Below, one piece after another: positions 7,397 to 16,990 of a stretch of 64,000 nt of DNA. This stretch comes from an uncultured Lentisphaeria bacterium (GTDB lineage Bacteria > Verrucomicrobiota > Lentisphaeria > Victivallales > UBA1829): the NCBI GenBank assembly GCA_905197955.1, contig CAJKAR010000013.1, positions 9,090-73,089 on the forward strand. Direction: 5' to 3'. Within the stretch, counting starts at the first letter, position 1. Every line of letters starts with the position of its first letter. The notes under the pieces were generated by a model. It was not told the origin of the DNA, searched no databases, and worked only from the letters and a program-made list of their open reading frames with translations. The position numbers were made by a program, and so were the translations under genes.

Positions 7397-10300
7397 ATGA
7401 AAGTTCTTTGGATCACAGCGGTCTGTGCCGCACTGCCTGTGCTGGGCGGCAATCTGGTTTTCAACTCCTCCTTTGAACTGGGTGAGAAAGGATGGAACGG
7501 ATTCTGCGAGCGGCAGGCTCCGGAAAATTTTGAACGGAAAATTCCAGAAAAACTCTGGGAAATCGACTCATCCACGGCGCATTCCGGAAAGAACTCTCTG
7601 AAAGTCAGTCTGAAGGGAAACGCGCGGAGAACAGCGGTTTTCTCGCATGATATTCCGGTGGAATTCGGAAAAACATACACGATCTCTTTCTTTGCAAAAG
7701 GAGATAAAACGGTTCGCTGTCCAGTCCGGATGCGTTCGTGCATGGTGCCCCCTAACCGCGCACAGGACGATTCCATTATCCATCCGACCGCCTGGGGAAA
7801 AGACGTCCCACAGGTGCAGACAAGGTTCGGAATGCCGAAAGAACAGGCCAATATGACTCTCACTCCGGAATGGAAACGGTATTCCTTCCAGTTTACGCCG
7901 GAACGCGATTTTACCGCCTATACCTTTTCAGTCGATTCGGGGTATCGGGAGTGCACAGTCTGGATCGACGATGTACAGGTCGAAGAGGGAAACACATTGT
8001 CGCCTTACAAGCCTTCGTCTCCGATTGAAATTGCGCTCTATCTGCCGGATCGGACGGTCGGGGTCGGAAAGGCCGCGGGGAAGGCCGTCGCTCTTTCCTA
8101 CAATCCCCCCGGAAAAAAGGAGTCTGTGACTCTTTCCCTCTATAATCTTTATACGGATCAGGTGGAAAAACAACAGGAACTCTCTTTTGATCTGCCCCCC
8201 GGAATCCCGCAGGAAAAGAGTTTTGCTTTCGACGGACTGAAGTTCGGAATGTACACCGTATACCATTCGCTGCAGCCGAGAATTACAACCAGAGACTACG
8301 AACTTTCACCGGAAAAACCTGCCGCACAGCGCAGTACAAAGCTGAAAGACGGCGATCTTTCGTATCAGTCGGCGGCTTTTATTGCCAGTGTTCCGAAAGC
8401 TCCCGCATCGCCGAAGGAAGGATACCGGATGGGACCGTGCCTGCATTTCGGCGGCGACCTCCGGAACAGCCTCTATCGCGACGGAATGGGACTGGGCGAT
8501 GAATTCGCGGAAACGCTCCGGGATTCCGGTGCAACCATCACCAGGGTCTGGAATGCATTCCCCTGGAGTTTTCTGGAACCGGAACAGGGAAAATTCAATT
8601 TTACGCATTCCGATTCCATCATCCGGGCGATGAGCAAATACAAACTGGCGGGAGTTTATACGGTGATGGCTGCCACATTCGGCGATCGGAACAATCCGTG
8701 GTCGCGCGTCAGCTGGGTTCTTCCGAAGTGGGTGATGGATCGTGATCCCGCGGGACCGCAGGGGGTGAAAAATCCATTTGTGACCAATCCCCGCTTCTCG
8801 CCGCTGTGGCGTCCGCGGCAGGAGGACTGGGAACACTTCCTGACAGCTGTGCTTCAGCGTTACAAAGGGCAGATTGACTCCTATGAAATCTTCAACGAAC
8901 CGCAGCTGATGATGAATGCCGCATCCTATTTCCCATATCTGAAAACGGCGTATCAGACAATCAAGCGGATAGATCCCGCCGCAGATGTGGTTGGAATCTG
9001 TGCAACAAGCGACTTCGGGGTCAATGCCGATTCCTTCATTGCCCAGGTGATCCGGATGGGCGGTGGAAAATTCTCCGATGTAATCTCCTATCATCCGTAC
9101 ATGAAACTGGATGATTCAACTCCGAGTCAGATGGAACAGTATGCCGGAATCTATAAAAATTTCCGGGCTTACGGAGTAAACAGGCCGCTGGCGAATACGG
9201 AAAATTACTTTTTCGAAAATGGCGATGCGTTTCATTTCTGGTGGAACAAGGCTCCGGATTACGACATTTCCCGCTATATCCGGCATCACCTCATCGATAT
9301 GGGCGAGGGAATCGCATTTTCCACCACGGTGGAATACGACAGTGCCTTTTTCTCCAGTTTCATTCATCCGGCGCAGGTGTATCATAACGGGAGCCGGCAT
9401 GGAAAACCGCAGCCGAATCTGCGTTATGTGGTTCAGGCGGGAACATCGCAGATGATTTCCGGAGCAAAACCGCTGGGAAAGATTGATCTTCCCTCCGGAG
9501 CGCTCGGCTATACTTATCGGAAAGGCGAAGGGATCTTCACGGTTCTCTGGAATGCCCGTGCAAAACAGAAATCATGGATCACGCTGGAACTTCCAGCGGG
9601 AGTCTCGTTTACGGAGTATGATATTTTCTCGAATCTGCTTTCGTCGCAGAACGGAACTCTTACGCTGGAATTGAATTCGATTCCCCGCTATTTCCAGTGG
9701 AAGAATGCATCTGCGGAAACTGTCGCGGCGATTTTCAGGAATCCGAAGGAACGCTGCGAGAATCCGATCCGGGTTCGCAACGCAAATCTCCTTCGAAGTC
9801 TTGACAGCAACGGGGGAGAACTGCATGTGCAGGTGGAAAATCTCAGTGGAAAGGTCCTGAAAAATCCGGTGTTTCAGATAAGTTCTCCGGCGTTGAAAGA
9901 GCCGGTCCGGCTGACAGCAAAGGAGATCGGATATTTTCGGACCGCCGATCTTTCCGGGACCGTCCGTCTCGCAGAAAAATGCGGAACAGAGGAGACGATG
10001 GAAATCTCTTCTGAGGGACTCCGCCCGCTTCGGATCACACTACCGGTCCGCAGACGTGAAGTGATCGGTTATCGCCCCCGGTCGTTTGAAATAAGAAATG
10101 TCATTTTCGGAAAGGTGGAGTCGAGGACGGATCTTTCCGCAGTGATGGAGCTTGCGATGAAGGACATATCCACTCTGCGTGTGACAGTGAGGGTCATGGA
10201 TGACAAACCGTCGCAGAATCCTCATCTTCCGCCGTATCAGCGAGACAGTGTTGAGCTGTTTGTGGATCAGGATCCGTTCGGCGGATCGGGTGAAAAATAC

Positions 10301-10903
10301 AACCGGTTCTGCAAACAGTACATCGCGCCTCGCGGCGGGACTCCGGAAAACGCCGGAATCAAATCCTCGTTTACGGATCGGAAAGACGGGTATGTCTGGA
10401 CCTTCGATATTCCGGTCGTCTACCGGAACAACTTCATTGCCCTGGATCTTGCGGTCAATGACTCGGATGGCGACCGGCAGAAATCCAAGCTCTCCTGGTC
10501 AGGCTGTTCCGACAGCTATCGCAACCGCCGCAATTTCATTGTCCTGGAACTGAACCGGGGAGATGGCGCAGTCATCAGCGCGGCTGTCCGGGATGCCGGA
10601 GGAAAGATTCTTCAGCTCCGAAGCAATGAGAACACGCCGTTTCTCCCGACCGATCAATGGGTGAAACAGGAGTTCCGGTTTGTCCCCGATTACGATGGTT
10701 CCGGCAACATTGTATTCCGCTCGTCGCTTGGCACGAAGTCCGCCGGAGATCTGCGGTTCCGGAAGCTCTCCGTATCGGGAGCGGATGCGGTTCTTCCCCC
10801 TCCGGAAAAAGAACAGAGTCACGCATGGATTGCGGCAAAATTCCGGAAAGGTGTTCCTGTGACCATTTCCTGTGAACTGAAAATGAGCGGAGTTAGAAAA
10901 TGA
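7397..10903 (+). CDS. Secreted multidomain glycoside hydrolase (CBM4/9-like N-terminus, clan GH-A TIM barrel, C-terminal CBM9-like module)
   Basis: Signal peptide MKVLWITAVCAALPVLG. NLVFNSSFELGEKGWNG is a CBM-type beta-sandwich start. The barrel has WSFLEPEQGKFNF and the acid/base-type motif SYEIFNEPQ. The C-terminal part has the CBM9-like motif DSVELFVDQDP..LAVNDSDGD. The GH family is not assignable by eye. Confidence 0.75.
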   Translation: MKVLWITAVCAALPVLGGNLVFNSSFELGEKGWNGFCERQAPENFERKIPEKLWEIDSSTAHSGKNSLKVSLKGNARRTAVFSHDIPVEFGKTYTISFFAKGDKTVRCPVRMRSCMVPPNRAQDDSIIHPTAWGKDVPQVQTRFGMPKEQANMTLTPEWKRYSFQFTPERDFTAYTFSVDSGYRECTVWIDDVQVEEGNTLSPYKPSSPIEIALYLPDRTVGVGKAAGKAVALSYNPPGKKESVTLSLYNLYTDQVEKQQELSFDLPPGIPQEKSFAFDGLKFGMYTVYHSLQPRITTRDYELSPEKPAAQRSTKLKDGDLSYQSAAFIASVPKAPASPKEGYRMGPCLHFGGDLRNSLYRDGMGLGDEFAETLRDSGATITRVWNAFPWSFLEPEQGKFNFTHSDSIIRAMSKYKLAGVYTVMAATFGDRNNPWSRVSWVLPKWVMDRDPAGPQGVKNPFVTNPRFSPLWRPRQEDWEHFLTAVLQRYKGQIDSYEIFNEPQLMMNAASYFPYLKTAYQTIKRIDPAADVVGICATSDFGVNADSFIAQVIRMGGGKFSDVISYHPYMKLDDSTPSQMEQYAGIYKNFRAYGVNRPLANTENYFFENGDAFHFWWNKAPDYDISRYIRHHLIDMGEGIAFSTTVEYDSAFFSSFIHPAQVYHNGSRHGKPQPNLRYVVQAGTSQMISGAKPLGKIDLPSGALGYTYRKGEGIFTVLWNARAKQKSWITLELPAGVSFTEYDIFSNLLSSQNGTLTLELNSIPRYFQWKNASAETVAAIFRNPKERCENPIRVRNANLLRSLDSNGGELHVQVENLSGKVLKNPVFQISSPALKEPVRLTAKEIGYFRTADLSGTVRLAEKCGTEETMEISSEGLRPLRITLPVRRREVIGYRPRSFEIRNVIFGKVESRTDLSAVMELAMKDISTLRVTVRVMDDKPSQNPHLPPYQRDSVELFVDQDPFGGSGEKYNRFCKQYIAPRGGTPENAGIKSSFTDRKDGYVWTFDIPVVYRNNFIALDLAVNDSDGDRQKSKLSWSGCSDSYRNRRNFIVLELNRGDGAVISAAVRDAGGKILQLRSNENTPFLPTDQWVKQEFRFVPDYDGSGNIVFRSSLGTKSAGDLRFRKLSVSGADAVLPPPEKEQSHAWIAAKFRKGVPVTISCELKMSGVRK

Positions 10904-12912
10904 AATACTTCGGCTGCGCCTACTATCCGGAGGCCTGGGAAAAAACACGCTGGGAAACCGATTTCCGGATGATGCGGGATCTCGGATTCAACATGGTCCG
11001 GCTCGGGGAATTCAACTGGGGAAAGTTTGAACCGGAAGAAGGAGTTTTCCACTTTGATGAGTATCTTGAAATACTGGATCTTGCGGATCGGTATGGAATC
11101 CGCGTGATGATGTGCACGCCGACTGCGGCAGTGCCCCGCTGGATGGCGGCTCGTTATCCCGAAACGCAGAAACGAAGAGCCGATGGGACCCGGCCGGAGA
11201 ATGATGCCCGGCAGAGTTACTGTCCCTCTTCCCCGAAGTTCCGCTTTTTTGCTGATCGGATTGTGACGGAGATGGCTCATGCGTTCCGGAATCATCCGGC
11301 AGTTGTCATGTGGCAGCTCGATAATGAATTGAGTGTGGGAGCCGCCACCGGACTTTGTGTCTGCGACGAGTGTACAAAACGCTTTCAGTCCGCCATGCGG
11401 GAGAAGTATCGGACACTGGAAGCGTTCAACCGGGCGTGGAACGGAGCATTCTGGTCCGGAGATTTCCAGTCCTGGGAGGACCTGAAGCCGCCGTTCCGCT
11501 TCCGCCGGGGATGGAAAAAGGAGTATATTCGGGTTCAGGGAGAACTTTTCTCAGAACTGATTCTCCGTCATCGGGATATCCTGAAGAGTGCGAATCCGGA
11601 ATGGGTGGTGACGACGAACAATCCGGCGATGACCTATTCAGACATCCGCCTGGACCATCTTTTTGCCGAACTCGGCTATGCCGCGTGCGACACCTATGTT
11701 TCCTGCGATAATATTTTCCGTTTCCGCGCCTTCTGGGATTTCTACCGGGGAGTCACCGGCAGACAGCAGAAGTTCATGGTCGCGGAGACCGGTGCGTTCA
11801 ATCAGGTCACCACGGAGCCGAATTCCTGGGGAGCTCTGAAACCATGGCTTTGGGAAATGGTTGTCCGGGGAGCGGAGTCGGTTCTGTATTTCCGCTGGCG
11901 GCAGTCCGTGATGGGCGAGGAGACGCATCCGGCGATTCTCCCCTGGTGCGGCAGGCCCGGAAATGCCTATCGGATGATCCGGCAAATCAGAAAGGAAATG
12001 GACGCTCTGCCGATGGATGTTTCGAAACTTCCGCTTCCCGAAACGGAAATCGCGATCGTTCATGACGCCGCTTCCGGTCAGTACCATATGTCGAAAAAAA
12101 GCGATGCGCTTTATCTTGCCACGAACCGGATTCATCTGGCGCTGACCGCACTTGGGAAAAATCCGGATTTCCTGATGCTGAATGAACAGATGGATCTTTC
12201 ACCGTACCGGGTGGTTTTCCTGCCGCTCTGCGAACGGGTATCACCGCGGATTGTCGAGCGGTGGAAGGAGTATGTCCGCAACGGAGGATGCCTCGTGGCA
12301 GTGACCCGTCTGAATCTGATGGAAGAGTCGGGCAGCTATTGCCGGGAACCGTATCCGTGCGGCATGACGGAACTGTTCGGACTCGAAATCGCGGAAAACC
12401 GGGAACTTCTGAATTCTCAGACAGATGCCAATATGGGGGTATTCGATATCTCCAGCCTGCCGAAAAGTTCAGTTCGCCTTTCCTGTTTCGGGGGCACGGC
12501 CGATGCGGAACGTTATGTTGAGGAGATCCTTCCGCAGAGCTGTACCGTTCTGGAGAAACTCTCCTCGACCTGTTTTGCCTCCTCCCCTTTGCTGACCCGG
12601 AATTACTACGGAAAAGGAACGGCATTGTATGTATCGGCATTCCTGGATGTCCCCGGAGTGCGGAAAATGGTTCGCCGTGTTCTGGAGGAGTGCGGCATCT
12701 CTCTTCCGGCTGCGGAACTGCCGCCGGAGGTCTCCCGGATCGAACGGGGAGGATATCTCTTCTACATCAACTCCTCGTCGCGGAAGGGGAGTCTGGAGGA
12801 AGAGATCAGCGGAGAAATCCTGCTCGGAGACGCGGATCCCGGTGAGAAACAGACAATAACATTGAAGCCTTATGAGGTTCTGATGATTCGGCCTTCCGGA
12901 AAATCAGAATAG
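10900..12912 (+). CDS. GH42 beta-galactosidase
   Basis: YYPEAWEKTRWETDFRMMRDLGFNMVRLGEFNWGKFEPEEGVFHF..MMCTPTAAVPRWM..WQLDNELS, and a length of 670 aa typical of GH42. Its ATGA overlaps the upstream stop. Confidence 0.9.
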   Translation: MKYFGCAYYPEAWEKTRWETDFRMMRDLGFNMVRLGEFNWGKFEPEEGVFHFDEYLEILDLADRYGIRVMMCTPTAAVPRWMAARYPETQKRRADGTRPENDARQSYCPSSPKFRFFADRIVTEMAHAFRNHPAVVMWQLDNELSVGAATGLCVCDECTKRFQSAMREKYRTLEAFNRAWNGAFWSGDFQSWEDLKPPFRFRRGWKKEYIRVQGELFSELILRHRDILKSANPEWVVTTNNPAMTYSDIRLDHLFAELGYAACDTYVSCDNIFRFRAFWDFYRGVTGRQQKFMVAETGAFNQVTTEPNSWGALKPWLWEMVVRGAESVLYFRWRQSVMGEETHPAILPWCGRPGNAYRMIRQIRKEMDALPMDVSKLPLPETEIAIVHDAASGQYHMSKKSDALYLATNRIHLALTALGKNPDFLMLNEQMDLSPYRVVFLPLCERVSPRIVERWKEYVRNGGCLVAVTRLNLMEESGSYCREPYPCGMTELFGLEIAENRELLNSQTDANMGVFDISSLPKSSVRLSCFGGTADAERYVEEILPQSCTVLEKLSSTCFASSPLLTRNYYGKGTALYVSAFLDVPGVRKMVRRVLEECGISLPAAELPPEVSRIERGGYLFYINSSSRKGSLEEEISGEILLGDADPGEKQTITLKPYEVLMIRPSGKSE

Positions 12913-12921
12913 TAAGGGGGG

Positions 12922-12959
12922 AATCTCCGATTTGTTCTGACAAATCGGAGATTTTTTTT
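12922..12959 (+). terminator. Rho-independent terminator after the GH42 gene
   Basis: Perfect 13-bp stem aatctccgatttg/caaatcggagatt, 6-nt loop, then T8. Confidence 0.75.
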
Positions 12960-13720
12960 CAATGACGGATGAGACGGGCAAGTTTCCGCTGTACGCCACC
13001 GTCGATGACGAGATCCGCTCCGTTGATGAAGGAAGAATCTTCCGATGCCAGAAACAGGCAGAGAGCGGCGACATCATCCGGTGTTCCGTAACGACCGAGC
13101 GGAATCCCCGTGAACTCCTCCGGAGCCGGACTCCGGCCGCTGACGTTGATGCAGCCGGGAAGGATGTTGTTGATCCGGATTCCCGAAGGTCCGATTTCAA
13201 CGGCAAGCTGTCCGGTCATCGCGTGAATTGCTCCTTTGCTTGCGGCGTAAAGGGTGCGTCCCGGAACGGAAGTGTCCTGATGAACCGAACCGATGTTGAT
13301 GATGCTTCCGGGATGCCCTTTCATCAGCCGGATCTCGTTCAGACAGCAGAAGAGCGTTCCCTTGAGATTGAGATTCATCAGCTGATCGTAAAGTTCAAAG
13401 TTGATTTCCTCCAGCGGACGCGGAGTATGATTCCAGCCGGCATTGTTCACAGCGCAATCGAGACCTCCGAAAACCCGTTCGATCTCTTCAAACATTGCAC
13501 CGAGCTGTCCCGGTTCGCTCAGATCCGCCCGGAAAAGATGGGATTCGCACGGCAGTTCCGCAACAATGCGCGCAGCAAGTTCCGGATCGGAACGGTAATG
13601 AAAAAAAACTCTTGCTCCCGCCTCGGCAAATGCACGGACGATCCCTTCGCCGATTCCGCGGGATGCGCCAGTGACAAGAACCCGTTTTCCTTTTAAATCA
13701 TCATAATGTCCCATATTCAT
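12959..13720 (-). CDS. SDR-family (short-chain) oxidoreductase
   Basis: KGKRVLVTGASRGIGEGI Rossmann motif, NNAG, and the catalytic Y-x3-K (YAASKGAI). The start is ATG 13720 or 13714. The longer ORF-track start is unlikely. Confidence 0.85.
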   Translation of the reverse strand: MNMGHYDDLKGKRVLVTGASRGIGEGIVRAFAEAGARVFFHYRSDPELAARIVAELPCESHLFRADLSEPGQLGAMFEEIERVFGGLDCAVNNAGWNHTPRPLEEINFELYDQLMNLNLKGTLFCCLNEIRLMKGHPGSIINIGSVHQDTSVPGRTLYAASKGAIHAMTGQLAVEIGPSGIRINNILPGCINVSGRSPAPEEFTGIPLGRYGTPDDVAALCLFLASEDSSFINGADLVIDGGVQRKLARLIRH

Positions 13721-13831
13721 TCTCCAGTTTCTCATTCTGATTTGGCTGGAACAGATCGGAAAAAGAGTCTGCTCCGCCGGAGGATGATCCACGATTTCCT
13801 TTTCTTGATTTGCTGTGAGGGTGGACTTTTT

Positions 13832-15391
13832 TCATTGTCCTCTGCGAAGAGGTCGTCCCGCCCGGATTCCTGTCGGCTTTCCGTTCCGCACGGCGATTTG
13901 ACCGTTGACTGTGACAAGACGCATTCCTTCCGCAGTCCGGCGAGGATGCGCAAATGTGGCACGGTCCGCAATTTCCGCATGATGGAATACGCAGAGATCG
14001 GCAAAGTTCTGTTCCGCTATGACTCCTCTTCCACGCAGTCCGAACAGTTCACATGGACGCGCAGAAGCATGAAACACAAATTCGGAAAGCGTCACCCCGT
14101 GACGGAATGCCAGATGCAGAAGCCTTGCAAAAGCCCCGAAACTTCGAGGATGGAGATGATCCAGTCCGGGAAGCGTGTCCGATCCAAAAAGATAGCAGGG
14201 ATGGCGCATCAGTTCGATAAAATCGCGTTCAAGCGTATCCGAAAGACCTTCTTCGCTCTCCCTGGTTTCCGGACGGTAGGAGAGTTGAAGCTCCTCTTCC
14301 GCAAGCAATTCCAACAGCATTTCCGGAATTTCCTGCCCGCGCATCCGTGCGATATCCCGATACGTCCGATTCCGGTAATCGGGATGGTGCGGCGCATGCA
14401 GAAGGACGGCATTCGACGGACTGATCTCGGGATGCCGTTCCCATTCCTTCTGAATCCACTGTTTCCATTCCGGATTTCGCAGTCGTTCCATGATGGAGGA
14501 AAAACCGCCCTCCATCACCCGCATCGGCAGATGAACTGCCGCGTAACCAGCTCCGACAGAATAGGGATAAAAGTCCGCCGTGACACGCAGTCCTTCCTCA
14601 AGACCGCGTTCGATCGGTTCCAGAAGTTTGTCGAGATGTCCCGCTGTTTTCGGATTGGTCCGGTAATGGGAAAAATGGACGCGAGCTCCGCTTCTCCGCG
14701 CAAATTCGAGCACTTCTTCGCGCGAATCGAATTTTTCGGTATGATCCCTCAGCGCTGTTCGCTGATGAACACACACCGGAACATCAAATTCCGCGGCGAC
14801 TCTGCAAATCGCAGCAACCTCTTCCGTATCTCCGAAGGAGGCCGGATAGTAGGCCAAACCGGTGGAAAAGGCACATGCACCTTCTTCAAATGCCTGTCGT
14901 GCAAGATCCTGGGCTTTTTGCACCGGCAGCGGCGCATCGCGAAATCCGCACAGGGCACAACGCAGCGGCGAGTGTGCCAGATGAACTGCCGCATTGACTC
15001 CGGTCGGAGGAAGCGAAGCCAGATATTCCGCACAGGAACCGAAAAGCTGCGGTTCCGCACCGAAAATCCCGGTCATGACCTGTCCATAATCTGAGTGGAA
15101 AAGCGGAAAGAGCCCAATTCCACAGGCTCCGGCGATTTCCGTCGTGATTCCCTGACAGAGCGCCTCGGCCCTGTCGGGAGCTAGGAAAAACTGCCAGTCG
15201 GAGTGAGTATGAACATCAATGAATCCGGGAGTGACAGCCATCCCGGATGCGTCAAACGTCTCCTTCGCCTCACACCGATCCAATCTCCCGACCGCAGCGA
15301 TCCGGTCCCCCCTGACTGCGAGATCCGCCTGGAACGGAGCTCCTCCGAGTCCATCATAAATGGTACCGCCGGCGATCAGAAGGTCGAACAT
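13832..15391 (-). CDS. N-acyl-D-amino-acid deacylase (D-aminoacylase) family amidohydrolase
   Basis: MFDLLIAGGTIYDGLGGAPFQADLAVRGDRIAAVG..VTPGFIDVHTHSD..QGITTE is the canonical D-aminoacylase N-terminus. The start at 15391 lies 4 nt after the RidA stop. Confidence 0.85.
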   Translation of the reverse strand: MFDLLIAGGTIYDGLGGAPFQADLAVRGDRIAAVGRLDRCEAKETFDASGMAVTPGFIDVHTHSDWQFFLAPDRAEALCQGITTEIAGACGIGLFPLFHSDYGQVMTGIFGAEPQLFGSCAEYLASLPPTGVNAAVHLAHSPLRCALCGFRDAPLPVQKAQDLARQAFEEGACAFSTGLAYYPASFGDTEEVAAICRVAAEFDVPVCVHQRTALRDHTEKFDSREEVLEFARRSGARVHFSHYRTNPKTAGHLDKLLEPIERGLEEGLRVTADFYPYSVGAGYAAVHLPMRVMEGGFSSIMERLRNPEWKQWIQKEWERHPEISPSNAVLLHAPHHPDYRNRTYRDIARMRGQEIPEMLLELLAEEELQLSYRPETRESEEGLSDTLERDFIELMRHPCYLFGSDTLPGLDHLHPRSFGAFARLLHLAFRHGVTLSEFVFHASARPCELFGLRGRGVIAEQNFADLCVFHHAEIADRATFAHPRRTAEGMRLVTVNGQIAVRNGKPTGIRAGRPLRRGQ

Positions 15392-15395
15392 CGCG

Positions 15396-15842
15396 TTACT
15401 CCGCCATTTCAACGACCATTTCCACTTCAACAGCAATTCCGTTCGGAAGCGATCCCATCCCGACCGCGGAACGCGCATGGCTTCCGATTTCTTCTCCGAA
15501 GGCTTCCAGAAGAAGTTCGGAAACGCCGTTCATGACAAACGGATGTTCCGTAAAAGATTCGGTTGCATTGACCATGCCGAACACCTTGACAAAACTGCGG
15601 ATTTTATCCAGATCACCGCAGTGGAGTTTGATTGCTTCAAGACAGTGAATGGCAGCTTCCCGTGCAGCGGCATAGCCGTCGGCGGCAGTCAGCGAGGAAC
15701 CGACCTTCCCTTTGATCTTTGTCCCGTGCCCGGAAACAAACAGGAGATTTCCTGTCTGTTTGCTGTGCAGAATAGGGTGACTGCACGGACCCGGAAGGAC
15801 AAGTTCGATTCCCATTTCCGAAAGTTTTGTTTCGATCTTCAT
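15396..15842 (-). CDS. RidA/YjgF-family reactive-intermediate (enamine/imine) deaminase
   Basis: LSEMGIELVLPG..QTGNLLFVSGHG..ARSAVGMGSLPNGIAVEVEMV is the family pattern. Its ATGA overlaps the upstream gene. Confidence 0.8.
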   Translation of the reverse strand: MKIETKLSEMGIELVLPGPCSHPILHSKQTGNLLFVSGHGTKIKGKVGSSLTAADGYAAAREAAIHCLEAIKLHCGDLDKIRSFVKVFGMVNATESFTEHPFVMNGVSELLLEAFGEEIGSHARSAVGMGSLPNGIAVEVEMVVEMAE

Positions 15843-16990
15843 TTTGTGTTTCCTCCTTGTTCCAATATGAGATCCAGTTCCTGAAATCGTTTGATGATCT
15901 GTTCCATTTCGCCGTCTGCCAGGCACATCGGGTTCACATAAACTCCGGGCCGGTTCTCCGAATAGCAGACGATGGAAGGATTTCCTTCTTCCAGCATTCT
16001 GCGGAGTTCCGATGAGCGAATAGAGGTATTTTTCAGAGAGACAAACGCGCGCGGCAGAGGCTGTCCCGCCTGATTCGGCCAGGTGCGTTCCGCAGAAAAA
16101 TGCTTTGCCTCCCCAAGAGCGGAAATCAGTTTCCGGACCTCAGATTCGCACCACTGAAGACGTGCCTCCTCATCCGACTCGACGTACTGCCGGATCGCCG
16201 TGTAGAGAGCAATCATCTCCTCCCTTCCGATTTTCATGATTCTTCCGCATCCGTAGTTCGGAAATCCAAGCAAATTAACAATCTCCAGATACTCCTTTTT
16301 CCCCACCAGCAGTCCGCTTGCCTGAGGTCCCGCAAGGTCTTTGCCTCCGGAGAAACATGCCATATCGCATCCCATATCTTGGGTAAAGTGCCAGAGATTC
16401 GACTTCGGCGGCAACTGCGCGGCGCCATCCACGAGTATGGGAAGACCGAACCGATGAGCAGCATCCCGGAAAGTTTCGAGATTCATACATCCTTCGCCGT
16501 AATAGCCGGAAGGGGTCCGAGAGGCAAAATAACAACAGACCGTATGTTCGTGAAACGCATTCTCCAGCAGTCTTTTATCGAATTGAGCCTCCATGTTCGG
16601 ATACCCGGCAAAACGGAGTTTGACACCGAGCTGTTCAATCGCGTGATCGTAGGGAATGTGCTGCCCCCAGAGAGCAAGAACTTCGCACCGGGCGATCTCT
16701 TCCGATGAAAGGCTCCCGAACTCTCTACCGTAGTGCCTGGCGACGCAAGCCGCAATCGCAAGATAGATCGCCGTACTGCAGGAGTTGCAGATGTATGCCG
16801 CTTCATTGCGGGTCAGTTCCGCCACGCGCCTGTGAAGTGCGTTCTGAAGGCGTTCAATGGAAACATAACTCCGGGCGGCATCGCACATCGCTTCAAGAGT
16901 TGCTTCCGACATTCTGGATGCCCCGACGACCGTATAGGTTCCGACCGCATTGATCAGAGTCGGCACTCCCAGTTCCTCATAAATACTCAT
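15839..16990 (-). CDS. DgaE/SelA-like PLP-dependent enzyme (putative amino-sugar-acid ammonia-lyase)
   Basis: MSIYEELGVPTLINAVGTYTVVGASRMSEATLEAM.. N-terminus and the PLP-lysine block FSGGKDLAGPQASGLLVG, both typical of the SelA/DgaE family. Its ATGA overlaps the upstream gene. Confidence 0.75.
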   Translation of the reverse strand: MSIYEELGVPTLINAVGTYTVVGASRMSEATLEAMCDAARSYVSIERLQNALHRRVAELTRNEAAYICNSCSTAIYLAIAACVARHYGREFGSLSSEEIARCEVLALWGQHIPYDHAIEQLGVKLRFAGYPNMEAQFDKRLLENAFHEHTVCCYFASRTPSGYYGEGCMNLETFRDAAHRFGLPILVDGAAQLPPKSNLWHFTQDMGCDMACFSGGKDLAGPQASGLLVGKKEYLEIVNLLGFPNYGCGRIMKIGREEMIALYTAIRQYVESDEEARLQWCESEVRKLISALGEAKHFSAERTWPNQAGQPLPRAFVSLKNTSIRSSELRRMLEEGNPSIVCYSENRPGVYVNPMCLADGEMEQIIKRFQELDLILEQGGNTK

